A stretch of DNA of 64,000 nucleotides. Origin: Azolla caroliniana. Taxonomy: Eukaryota; Plantae; Polypodiophyta. The stretch is taken from positions 6,572,001-6,636,000 of the forward strand of contig JBHGNT010000015.1 in the NCBI GenBank assembly GCA_043228905.1. The letters are read 5' to 3'. A model generated the notes under the pieces. That model worked only from the letters and a program-made list of their open reading frames with translations. It was not told the origin of the DNA and did no database searches. The position numbers were made by a program, and so were the translations under genes. Below are positions 49,640 through 62,300 of this stretch, in pieces. The first letter of the stretch is position 1. Every line of letters begins with the position of its first letter.

Positions 49640-50310
49640 TCCTATGCTCCTTGCTTGGCTTTTGTGTTCCGGTTGGATGCAAGATATAGAAAAATGGTTT
49701 GGTAGATGGGATGTGAGACACTTGCTTCATGATGCATCACTAGATTCCTCTGTAAATGAGGTCTTTTTGCAATGCCAATGTATCATGTCATGGGACAAAT
49801 GTGGAGGCTCACGCTTCACACATTATACTACACATGTCGCACCTAACTACAAAACCATCTTCTTTGCAGAATAGGGAAATCATACACATTGATACATGTT
49901 AGAGCCCATACCATTACCTGCCATTCGAACCATTGCTTCCATGTGATTTAGCTCACATGCATTGCAATGTGAGACATGGTGTTGGTGCACAAGTGATGAG
50001 AGTGGTCGGCTATGCACACTTTGCCTTACACAAGTTCGCGAGTCTGAGTATCACACTTTGATACAATGCTCTGCCTTTGATCATATTCGACCATGCTTTC
50101 CACATCTCTTCGACCGAGCCCAATCCTTACATGAATTCCTCTCACAACCACAATGTGCACTCTCGATTGCAACATTCATTGGTAAAGTTCTTGAACATCG
50201 AGAGTCACTACTCACTTTCACATGTATCACATGAAATGTAATATTTTTTGTCTCATAGGTCATATTTGACCTCCGAAGGCGATAATATAATCTATCTATC
50301 TATCTATCTC
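49640..50310 (+). mobile_element. 5'-truncated non-L1 LINE (RTEX/L2-like) with (TCTA)n tail
   Basis: LSSHALQCET...RLCTLC...ESEYHTLIQCSAFDHIR, then a short 3' UTR and tctatctatctatctatc. Confidence 0.75.
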
Positions 50311-52526
50311 TTTGCGTCTATACAACAATAATGATAACAACTCCTAACATCTTCACACGTTATCATCATTCTCTCTCTCTCTCTCTCTCTCTCACTCTTT
50401 CCTTCTCCTGAGAGTTCTACACCTCCCTTAGTACTAATCCTCATCTTTTAGTACTAATTCCTTCTTTGTCTTAGTATTGTTCCTGACAATACTTCTCTGT
50501 CTTAGTATTGTTCTTGACAATTTGAACCGATTTCTAGTCTCCTTCCTTCTCTTCCTTTTATCTTCTTACTTCTCCCTCCCTTTATACTAATCTCTTATTC
50601 CTCTTTTCTCTCATACTATGGCCACTATTAGCGCTCAAGAATATTAATCTGTTTTCTCGGAGTTGCAATGCTTCAAAGAGAAGTTTCTCACATCGGAACA
50701 AGAAAATCAATGACTATTGGGGGAGCTTCAACAAATCTCCTTAGAGAAGCAGCATATGCAACAACAACAAGGGGAACTAGCGTTACGCGTGCAATAGCTC
50801 AAAGTGACCATTGTAGCATTGCAACAACAAGGACCACGTATGCAAGGGATTCATAAAGAACCCAAGATCGGCCTTCCTATCAAATTCAATGGAACGCGAT
50901 CACAGTTTAGAGAATTCCTTAATCAGGTACGATTACTCATTCAAATGCATCCTTCCCGATATCCCATTGATGCATCATGAGTGGGTCTAGTAGGCACGTT
51001 GTTAAATGACTTAGTTTTGGCATGGTTTGTTCCATTGTTAGAAAATGAATCTCCATTACTAAACAATTTTGAAGAGTTTATAAGTCAGTTTAACACCTGT
51101 TTTGGAGATACTGATAGCATAAGGACAACAATCAACAAAATCCGACGATCACGTCAAGGTGATCGTCCAGCCTCTGCATACGCCGTAGATTTCTGTCTAC
51201 TTGTCTCCGTTATCCCCTGGGATGACCAAGCATTAATGGAGCAATTTTGTTATGGCCTACGTAACGATGTCAAGGATTTACTCTTGACCTTCCACGAAGA
51301 ACTAAAGTCATTGACAGAAGCAATCAGTCACACAGTACGATGCGATAACTGTCCCTTCGAATGACGTTCGGAACGTCAGTTTCAAATGCCGAGGGCAAGA
51401 TCGGAGCCCACATACGCTTCAGTTGTAGCAAAGCCTTTCCCAAGGGAGTCATTTAATACGTCTCCAACAAATACTCTGACTCCAATGGAAATCGACACCA
51501 CACATTGTCGTAGACCACTATCGGAAGAAGAAAAGCAGCGACGCTGGGAAAATCGATTATGTCTTTATTGCGGTGGACTGGAGCATAATGCAGTGAATTG
51601 TCCCCATTGGCCAAGAAGGTAGGTAAATCAAATAACAGCTAGTACCAATAGTACTAAACCTGAGTCTATTTCTCTAGGTGTGTCCGGTAGTCCTAATAGG
51701 CCAAGCCTTTCAAACAAATTTGAAATCCTTAGTCAACTAGAAGAAGAATTAAACGATTATGTCTAGCCAAAATAGGAGTCGTTTGGTTGGACAACCCTAG
51801 ATCTGTGCAACCCATTAGTGGTTCCATTTCCTCTAAGCAAGTTAGCAATGTGTTCTTAGCTCAAGTAATGGTTAGTAATAAAAGTACTCCTCCAGTACAT
51901 GTCTTAGCACTCTTAGATTCCGGAGCCAACTCTTACTTCATGGATAGGAATTTTGCCCAAGCTCATAAGATATCCCTAAGAAAACTCTCTTGCCCAGCAT
52001 TTGTAGCAGTTATTGATGGTCATCCTATTGCTTCGGGAAAAATCGTAGAGGAGTCAGAGCTAATTCAAGTTGTCCTAGATAACTTGGTGTGTGTAGTACC
52101 ATTTAATATAATTAGTAGTCCAAATCATCCAATTGTCTTGGGGTTACCGTGGTTCGAATTACATAACCCAAACATAGATTGGAGAACAAGAGAAATCCGG
52201 TATCGACAAATCCGAGGATCTACTCATAAGATTGCAACCATTTCGCTACATCAATTGTGTGAGGAAGGATGCAAGGAAGCAATGTTTGTCTTCGTGGTAT
52301 CAGTAAAACCTTCCAACACTACTAAAGAGGAAACCACAATTCAACTTCTGGAGAAGTATCATCAGTATGCCGATGTGTTCGATAAGGTACAAGCCAATAC
52401 GCTTCCTCACCACCAACCATATGATTGCCCCATCGATTTACAACTGAGAAAAGAGCCACCATGGGGATCAATCTACAATTTTCACCAACCGAGCTTGAAG
52501 TCTTTTGAGCCTATATAGCGGAGAAT

Positions 52527-53160
52527 TTGGCAAACGGTTTCATTCGACATTCGAAATCTCCAACCAGCGCACCCATTTTCTTCGTCAAGAAAAAGGATGG
52601 ATCACTTCGTCTCGTCGTAGACTATCGCGGCTTGAATAAGGTCACCATCAGGAATAGGTATGCACTTCCCCTTATCTCAAGTCTTATAGAACAGATCAAT
52701 GGTGCAAGGTTCTTCACAAAGATCAACTTACGAGGAGCATATAACCTCGTACGGATCCGACTAGGAGATGAATGGAAGACCGCGTTCCGCACTAGATATG
52801 GGCACTTCGAATATACGATCATGTCATTCGGTCTCACTAATGCACCAACAGTCTTCCAACACATGACAAATGATATATTCCGAGATCTCTTGGATGTTTG
52901 TTTGATCATCTATTTGGATGATTTACTGGTTTATTTGAAGACCCAAGAAGAGCATGATTCTCATGTACTGTTAGTACTAAAACGGCTTCGAGAACATGGT
53001 CTTTATGGAAAACTAGAAAAATGTAGCTTCGAGTGCAACCAGGTGGAATTTTTGGGCTATGTCATCTCCTTGGAAGGCATCTCCATGGATCCAGCTAAGG
53101 TCAAAACGGTGGTAGAATGGCAGACTCTACGTTCGTTGCGAGATGTGCAATGCTTTTTAG
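52527..53160 (+). pseudogene. Chromovirus reverse transcriptase (resumes at 55145 into RNase H)
   Basis: [25 protein letters not shown]|GFANFYRKFI is restored on removing the insertion. Confidence 0.9.
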
Positions 53161-55139
53161 TGTCACGGACACACCAAGTGCGGACTAATAAGATGGAGCA
53201 CGGATGATGAGGCTACGACGAAGCGATGACGGAATGACACATGAGCATAAAGATAGAGATGAAGATTAAGGAGAGACGATGGGCGAAACGAGAATACTAG
53301 ATTGATATGTCCATGACTGGCGTTGTTCACCTTGAATTCCTTCAAGGTGAACTCAACTATTTATACTAAGTGGCATGCATACCTGTTGCACGCATGTGAT
53401 ACAATAGAGCATGTAGGCAGTAGGTACACATGCATGTGCCAAGTGTAAATAATACAAGGGAGAAATTATGCACATGATCCTAGCTAAAACCTACAATGAG
53501 GAAGTATATACATGATTATATGCTAGATGTGTGGTTAACACATAACACTCGATTACAACATGGTTATGTCAAGAGTTCAAATCTTGACATTATCCCCCCT
53601 CCAACGATGCCTTCCCAAATCGTTTGTCGACTTTAGGGGATATTGTTGATGAAAATCTTAGATAACCTCAAAAGTATTTTGTAAATCCTAGACAAGGACT
53701 AACCCTTCCACAAGACGAGGTATTTAACACCAACGGACATGAGCGACCATGTGTGGTCCTTGCGTAGAACTGGAACACAAATATCAACGGGTGTGAGCGA
53801 CCATGTGCAGTCCTCACGGGGAGCATGAACACCAAGGGGCATGAGTAACCATGTGGGGTCCTTGTCGGGAACTGGAACGGTCCTTGCTGAGAGTTGGAAC
53901 ACGAACACCAACGGGCGTGAGCAACCATGTTGTCCTCACCGAGAAATGGAACACGAACGAGTGAGCGACCATGTGGCCCTCACCAGGAACAAGAACACGA
54001 ACAGGAGTAATTGACCATGTGTGGTCCTCACCAAGAACTAGAACATGAACAACAACGGGCATGAGGAACCATGTCGGTCCTCACCAGGATCTGGAACACA
54101 AACAATAGTTGGAGTGAGTGACCATGTGTGGTCCTCACCGGAGACTGGAACACGAACACCAACGGGCATGAGAGACCATGTTGGTCCTCGCCGAGAGTTG
54201 GAACACGAACACCAACGGGCGTGAGCGACCATGTGTGGTCCTCACCGAGAACTGGAACATGAGCCACAATGGGCATGAGCGACCATGTTGGTCCTTGCCG
54301 GGATGTGGACCATGAAAAATAACTGGAGTGAGCGACCATGTGCGGTCCTCACCGGAGACTGGAACACGAACGGGAGTGAGCGACCATGCGGCCCTCACCA
54401 GGCACAAGAACACGAATGGGTGTGAGCGACCATGCGGCCCTCACCGGGAACTCGAACACGAACGGGCATGAGCGACCATGCGGCCCTCACCAGGAACTAG
54501 AACATGAACAAGAATGGGAAAGAAACTAAAAAATAGAGACAATGATGAGGAGAACTAAAAGCCAATGAAAATTATGAGAAGAAACTAGGGGATAGAAACG
54601 GCAAGGAAGATAGGAAATGAATTGATGTTGATGATGGTACGGTGACGATGGTAACTCTAGAAGCAAAGGCAATGACGGAGACGGGTGATGCTTCTAGTTG
54701 GAAGGTGAACAAACGGTCATGGACACACCAAGCATGGACTAAGACAGAGCACGGATGATGAGGCTATGACAGAGCGATGACACGAGGAACAAGAGCATAA
54801 AGATAGAGATGAAGATTAAGGAGAGAAGATGGGCGAAACGAGAATACTAGATTTATATGTCCATGACTGGCGTTGTTCACCTTGAATTCCTTCAAGGTGA
54901 ACTCAATTATTTATACTAAGTGGCATGCATACCTGTTGCACGCATGTGATACAATAGAGCATGTAGGCAGTAGGTACACATGCATGTGCCAAGTGTAAAT
55001 AATACAAGGGAGAAATTATGCACATGATCTTAGATAAAACCTACAATGAGGAAGTATATACATGATTATATGCTAGATGTGTGGTTAACACATAACACTC
55101 GATTACAACATGGTTATGTCAAGAGTTTGAATCTTGACA
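53161..55139 (-). mobile_element. Non-autonomous LTR element (TRIM/LARD-like, chromovirus-derived) with tandem-repeat interior
   Basis: LTRs 53161-53589 and 54715-55139 with 5-bp TSD TTTAG. A reverse PPT atcccccct follows 53589, and there is a chromodomain remnant (VKYLVLWKG; DFHQQYP). No gag or pol. Confidence 0.93.
53720..54515. repeat. Minisatellite array of ~55-63-bp units (~14 copies)
   Basis: Consensus-like gagcgaccatgtgtggtcctcaccgagaactggaacacgaacaccaacgggc. Confidence 0.92.
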
Positions 55140-55808
55140 TTTAGGCTTTGCCAATTTCTACCGCAAGTTTATACAGGATTACTCAAAGCTTGTTTTGCCT
55201 CTCACAGAGCTTACTAGGAAGGGACAATCGTTCGTTTGGTATGAAGAAACGGACATGGATTTTGAGAGTCTTAAGAAGGCATTTACATCAGCTCCTATAG
55301 CTCATGTTGATCCGGAAAAACCATTCATCATTGAGGCTGACGCGTCAGATTTCGCCTTGGGTAGCATTCTATCACAACAAGGCAATGATGAAAAGCTACA
55401 TCCTGTGGCTTTCCACTCACGCAAGTTTGACGCTGCCGAAATTAACTATGAAATTCATGATAAGGAGCTATTAGCAATAGTGGAATCTTTTACGCAATGG
55501 TGGCATTTTCTAGAGGCATCTTCTCATCAAGTCACCTTATTCAGTGATCACAAAAACCTTGCCTACTTTCAAAATGCTTGTGTGTTAAATCGGAATCAAG
55601 CTCGGTGGGCCCAATTCCTCACTCGCTTCGACTTCAAAATTACATATCGTCCAAGAAAGCAACAAGGGAAAACAGATGCATTATCACGGCGCTCGTATCT
55701 AGCACCGCGTCTCGACGAGCCAACTTTCGATAACCAAAAGCAAGTAATAATGGGACCGGCACGACTGCAAGCAACACAGGTCTTTGGTATGCCATTAGAT
55801 TCCCACGT

Positions 55809-58800
55809 TGTTGCGAAATTACACGTACGTGTAAGGAACGAAGGTGGGACCGCAAGGGTCTTGGACCGAGTGTGAGAAAAAGGGAAAGGTGAAACAAAGA
55901 GCACGTGTCGGGCAAGCGTTGGATGCTGGCAAGCACAGAGCTCGACCGGCTCAATCGAGATCAGATCAATGCAAGAGACAATTAGAAGAGAAAGAAAGCC
56001 TCTATTGATTAAGAATGGATTACAAACGGCTCGCCGGTAACTGAGCCACTACTCTATCGACAACACACACGCACACACCAAAGACGAGATACAATGTGGA
56101 GCCTCTATCGGGAGCACCCGAGCTTCCCTCATGAACAGAGGCGTCCAACAAAGGAAATCCTACAAAGAACACCAATACGGAATCAACGCTCTATCTCTAG
56201 TCCAACAACATTCTATTCTCCCCCCAAAACACGATACCCCCCTCAGCCCTCTCTCCCGACCCTTATAGGTCCCTGAGGGAGGAGTCATCACATCCTGTAA
56301 TGACATCATCTTTATTCTCTGTCGCTTCGGACAGAGATTTGTTTCGATTTGTTAATCTATTTAATGTGTCTATATCAAAGTCTATCTACATCATGCCGAC
56401 CTATTCTTAGACTATGTCCAAATAATTTACAACTGCATGCATCCGTGTATGCCGTGGTTCACACGCTTAGGTTTTCGTTTCCACTCGTAGCCGGTTTCCC
56501 TCACAACATTCACCCCCACTAAACCGCACATCCACTAGTATGTGTCGAGAGGGATAGAGAGATATCGAGGGAAACTGGCCCGCCCTCAATCGTCGCTCTC
56601 CGATCTGTTGGGCTCCCCGTCCTCGTATGTTCCTCCTAGGTCATTGCTTTCTTCCGTGCACCCCGGATCCGGCTCGTCCTCATGCCATCTCTTGAACGCC
56701 TTGATCCGCTTTCCCACAACTGGTATTGTTATCCGTGTCCTGTCGAGCTCCGCGAGATGGTAGGTGGCGTTGTCGTTCGCGCTGGTCACCACATAAGGCC
56801 CGAACCACCTCCTCGCAAACTTACGCATTGCCTTGTGTTGATTGTCGAGGTTGGTATCGTAAACTAGAACCCAGTCGCCTTCCTCGATCCTCTTCGGTCT
56901 CGGCCGGTGCGTCCGGTCGAATCGGTCTTTGTTCTTCTCCCTTGCCGCATACAACTTAGCCTTTGCCCGTTCCACGTCGTCCGGCTTCTACTCAAGCTGC
57001 CGAATCCGCACCGTCAATAGCTCTTCTCGGCTCATCTCGTCCGTCCAATCGATTGTCGCCCAAGAGGAAATTGTCCGCTCCATCCGCATGACCGGGTTCT
57101 TCCCATACATCAACTTTGTCGGCATGAACCCAGTCACCGAACTGTTCGTAGTTCGGTCCGCCCACAACGCGTAAGGTAGGAGCCACGGCCAATTCCCGAC
57201 TTGCCCTTCGCATGCCCGTACTAATGCCTTTACGATCAGTCCGTGTCCACATTCTATTTTTCCGTTCGCTTCCGGATTGTATGCCGTAGTGAGGGAGAGT
57301 TTTACCCCTAACTGGCCGAATAGTTCTTCGGCCTCTTGCGCGTCCAGCTCTCCCTGGTCAGCCACGATCTTCCCTATGCAACCGTACCAGTAGAGCACCT
57401 CCTCAATCAGGAACCAGCACACGGCTGCAGTCGTCTTGTTCTGCAATGCACGACCCTCCACGTGGTTCGTCAGGTCTTCTCACCCAAGCACTAGATACCC
57501 CATCTGCCCTATCCCCATCGGCATCATCACTAAGTCCACCATCCATTTGAAATGGATGATCGTCGGGTAGGTCGGGTGCAGCTCATCTCTATGCCGGATC
57601 GTGGAATGCATTTGGCAGCTCTCGCAGGTCGTCACGAACTGGTGTGCATCCCGATACATCCCCAATCACCAATATTTCTCCTTCAGCTTCTCAAATGTGA
57701 CCCACGTTCTGCGGTGTTCGGCCCAAGGACTCTCGTGATATGCCGACAACAGCGCCTCCTGGTCTTCCTTCCTCACTACTACGTGGAGTGGAACACCGTA
57801 ACGCTTCTTCGGGTGCCTCCATATACTCCCATTCCACAGGAAGAACCAATACGCCTTCTTCCGGACCTTGTTCGCCTCGTCTTTGGTCCATGCCGCGTCC
57901 AACGTTAACATTTTTAAGAACTTACCGATCCGTAGCCACTTCCCGTCATACTCGTTCTCGTTGAACTCACTGAGTGCTAGAGTGCTCCCCTCCCTTGCCG
58001 CTATGCGAGCCGACTCGAACAAGTCTATGCCGACTTCTTCATCTTCGGAAACCATGTCGTCCTCGTCATCGAACCATGCTCTCGAAAGCACGTCGGCCAT
58101 GGCATTGTCTTTCTCGGCGATGTGCCGTATCTCCGGATTCTGGGACTTCATATATGCAATCCACCTGAGCATAGCTAGGTTCGGAGTCGTGCATCCGAAA
58201 ACCATACCTAGAATAGGTAGGCAGTCCATCTTGATTATTACCTCTGTCCCAATTAGATAGTCTTTGTCAGCCTTGATTGCTGAAACGATATCCCAGAGTT
58301 CGCGCTTAACCTGGGCGTATCCTTGCTGCCGCTCACTCAATACCTTCACCCCGAACCGGATGGGGAACCTCGCACCGTCATCATCCTCTTGATTGACCAC
58401 CCATTCGATCCCGGTCAGCCTCGTGTCCACGGTCACATAAACCAGGACCCCTTTTTCGTAAACCGCTTTCCGGAGGACCAGTGCCGCGGCTAGCGCCTCT
58501 TTTAACCTCCGGACCGACTCTGTGTGCTCCTCGTTCCATTCGAAGTTACGCCCCTTTTTTAGCAACCCATAGAGCGGTATTGTGACGTGTGCGTAATGCG
58601 GAATCTAGATGTGGTAGAACACACACGCACCCAGGAACCTCCGAACCTCTGTAACCGACTTGCATTCTTCCTTCATCATGGAGATAGTCTCCACCTTTGC
58701 CGGAGACGGTTTTCGGCCGTAAGGCCCGCACAAGTGTCCAACCACCAAGATTTCGGATTGCCCGAAAGCCGACTTCTCTCCGGAGAAGGTGAGCCGCTGT

Positions 58801-59375
58801 AGCGCCTTCTCGCAACACCTTCTCGCAGTCGTCGATGTGGTCCACCACGAACCTCTGTCATCCGTCCGGTCCAACCGATTCATCCTTATCTTCCACCGGA
58901 CATCCCTTGATCGGGATGTCATCCAGGAATGGCATGGTGATGCCCAGGATGCAGTCCCTCAGTACCTTGTCCATCGCGTTCACCATGTGCGCTACTGAGT
59001 TCATCCCTCCTTGCGGCAGGGTACACATCCGTACTAAGCCAAGAGGAGTCTGCATTGTCGTAATATCCCTGCTCTCTACGGCTAGTTCGAATTGGTCGTA
59101 TCCTGAATATAGATCGCCAACCAAATAGATCGACCTTCCAACGAAGGCTTCCACGAACTCATCAATGGTCGGCCCGATTGCCCCGTTTCGGATGGTCACT
59201 TTATGGACCGGTTGTAGTTCTTGAATGAAGCACAACATGTCATTCTTCTTTGGCACCATAAACCACTGATTTGAATACGGGGCACTTGATGGCTCGAGGA
59301 CTACTTTAGTAGCTCCATCAGCTTCGAGAAATGAGCTTTGGGTACCGGAATTGGCTTGAGGTTCCACGGCATATG
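55809..59375 (-). mobile_element. 3' half of non-chromovirus Gypsy element (same lineage as 34224-42284)
   Basis: 3' LTR 55809-56508 (TGTTG...CAACA) with adjacent PPT. Integrase RWFGPYVV/YNPEANG, RNase H 57666-58565, RT PFLDDIPIKG, PWNLKPIPVP. Truncated at ~59375. Confidence 0.92.
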
Positions 59376-62300
59376 GTATTGTGGCAAGAAGGGCCACCAG
59401 GAAAGCGAGTGCTGGAAGAAGCGGGCCGATTCGGATAAATCCGGATTCGGTAAAAGCCGGACAAGGCAACCGGCAAAGCTCACACTATGCCAAAGGGTTA
59501 GAAGGATCCGAAACCAGAAGAATTGAAAAAGGTCTAGCCTTTGTGGTGAAACACAAGGCGAACTCGATGAAGAAGACCACTTTTGGATTAGTGGAAGTGT
59601 GGTAAGTTGATTCCAGAGCATCCAACCATATGACTAGCCATGAAGAGTGGTTCTAGTATCTGGAAAAACCGGAACAACCAGAAGTTGTCGAAACTTGAGG
59701 CGACACTCCTCCCTCGATAGTGCATCTCGGAGAAGTTCCCTTGAGTCATGTTAGACAACAAGGGAAGCTTATGAATGTACTTCATGTCCCGACAATCAAG
59801 AAAAACCTGGTGTCAGTTGGGTAGATTGTTGACCAGGGAATGCAAGTGTGGTTTACGACCTCGGGTGCTTCATCGAGGAAGAAGGCCAAATAATTGCGCG
59901 AGGGCACCGGGATAAGAGGATGTTCATCCTCAACACCAATGACGTCGGCACCGTTTTGTCCAGAAAGGGTCAGAAGGTCAAGTCAGATATTGACCTGTGG
60001 CACAAACGGATTGGCCACGTCAATTACCAAGGGCTTCAAGATCTGCAATCGAAACAAGTGGTTTTTGGATTGCCAAAATTTAGTGGACAGAAGGCCCGGA
60101 TATATGAAGCCTGCCCACTCGGGAAGCGACATTGGCTTCCGTTCCCCACCGAAAGAAATCGGAGCAGTAACAAGCTCAACTTAATACACTCGGATGTATG
60201 GGGATTGACACATAACGTTAGTCTTGGCGGGGGTCGATATTTCGTCTCCTTCATCGATGACTTCAGTAGGCACACTTGGATCTATCTGATTGAGAGGAAA
60301 AGTGAAATTTTTGAATGTTTCTGGAATCTACAGAGATTAATTGAATGGGAAACGAAAAGAAAGATCAAGTGTCTACTGTCGGATGGCAGAAAAGAGTACT
60401 TTTCTGGCCAATTCAATCGATATCTGCAGCGAGAAGGAATTCAGAGAGAATTTAGTTGTCGATACATGGCGGAACAAAATGGCATAGCTGAGCGGAAGAA
60501 ATGGTCGATTGTCGAGGCAGCATGGGCAATGCTAGAAGAGAAGAGCATGCCCAAGTCGTAGTGGGTCGAGACGGTCTAGATGGCCGTCTACATCCAAAAC
60601 CGGATCGGGGATAAGGTGTCAACACATGAGCTATATTTTGGGCGGACGCCGAATTTAAGGCACCTTAAGGTATTTGATAGCATTGCCTATGTGCATGTAC
60701 TAGATGAGAAGCAAAGAAAGCTAGAAGTCGGAGAAGTGTATCCTTGTCAGTTACTCACATGAGCAGAAGGGGTATAAGTGCTACAACCCCCGGACAAAGA
60801 TAGTCTGAGTAAGCCGAGATGTCGAATTTGACGAATCGGCATCCTGGTAGTCTCTACCGACTCCGACCTCATTCCAGACGATGAGGCTAGTGAGCCCGAA
60901 ACAATCCAGGTAGAAGAAGAAGAAGGATTCGGTACTCTAGATGAGAGTCTGATCCCATTCCGGCTAAGCAGGCCGAATGAGCGACTGAGTCGGAACGACC
61001 AGTCAGATGAAGAGTCGGCGAGCAGCGAAGACTTGGTTGTGCTCTCCCCGTGTAAGGAACCGAGGAGATGGTTCACACGCAAAGAGAAGGGGAAGAAGAA
61101 GATGCCCGGATACGACACCGGTAGAGATGAGTTGGATCGATGCGAATCTGACTACGGACAGAACGAAGACGGACCTTTGGGAACGAAATCCAAGTCGGCC
61201 AAGAGGGCCCTAAAATTAGCTAACGAGAGGTAACGTCGTTCCACCCGCCAGAAGAACCCTGTAAAGAGGCGCAGATATAATGATTACATGGCGCATCACT
61301 ATGCATACATGACGAAAGTGGCGGAAGTGCGTGAGTCGGAGTGATGCGCTGAAACGGCAAAAGACGCACATTAGTGTGCCGCTATGGAGGAAGAAATGCG
61401 GGCACTCAATGCCAACGACACCTGGAACCTTTTTGATCCTCCCTGACATTGCAAACCGATCGGTTGCAAGTGGGTGTACAAGGTAAAGTATAATGTTGAC
61501 GGTTTGGTCAACTGGTACAAGGCCCGGTTAGTGGCAAAGGGATATGCACAGACCCACATAATCGACAACGATGAGACCTTTTCTCCGGTAGCGAAGATGA
61601 CGACGGTTCGTGTGGTGCTAGCGGTTGTTGTGGCAAAGGGATGGCATCTTAACCAAATGGACGTGAAGAATACGTTTCTTCAAGGAGATCTTGGAGAACA
61701 TGTCTACATGATCCAGCTCCCCGGATTTCAGTCGGAGATGAACAAATCGATGGTGTGCCGACTCAAGCAGTCATTTTACGTCCTGAAGCAAGCCCCCCGT
61801 GCTTGGAATTTGAAGATCACACACCGGTTGCGTAAGATGGGGTTTGCAGCCTTGAAGTCTGACTCTTCGCTACTCATCCAGAAAGGTCTGGTATGTATTT
61901 TACTGTACATCGACGACTTGGTCGTTACCAGCCCGACCTCACCAAAATCGCTCCAGTGAAGTCCCAACAGTCGGACACATTCGAAATGAAGGACATGGGG
62001 GATCCATACCCCCGACGACATATTGTTACCTCAACCACATTATGTTCTGAATATGTTGTACAAGTTCGGCATGACAAATTGCCGACCAGTCTCCACACCC
62101 CTGAACCGGAACCTCAAGCTATGTCCCAACTTCGGACTAGCTTGCAACGAGAAATGATTCCAACAGATTTTCGGAAGCCTTTTATATTTGACAATCACCC
62201 TACCCGACATCAGCTATCCGATTAGAGTGATAAGTAAATACATGCAGAAGTCGACCATGGAGCACATTTACTGCGCACACCAAATACTGAGGTATGTTAG

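Larger units (their letters stand above)
50320..55808 (+). mobile_element. Decayed chromovirus-type Ty3/Gypsy element (Tcn1-like inferred), 3' part lost
   Basis: Gag EPKIGLPIKFNGTRSQF and CLYCGGLEHNAVNC, protease [28 protein letters not shown], RNase H IEADASDFALG. Interrupted at 53161-55139 and cut at 55809. Confidence 0.88.

Noticed and set aside
49530-50535. Self-priming complementarity for the host chromovirus (aaatcagttcgatt vs post-LTR atttgaaccgattt)
   Set aside because: The match is only partial and the LTR limits and TATA are uncertain, so it is too weak to claim.
53720-54515. CRISPR-like array or repetitive protein ORFs
   Set aside because: The units are wholly repeated with no unique spacers, no cas genes are present and the context is eukaryotic. 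The overlapping ORFs are by-products of the minisatellite.
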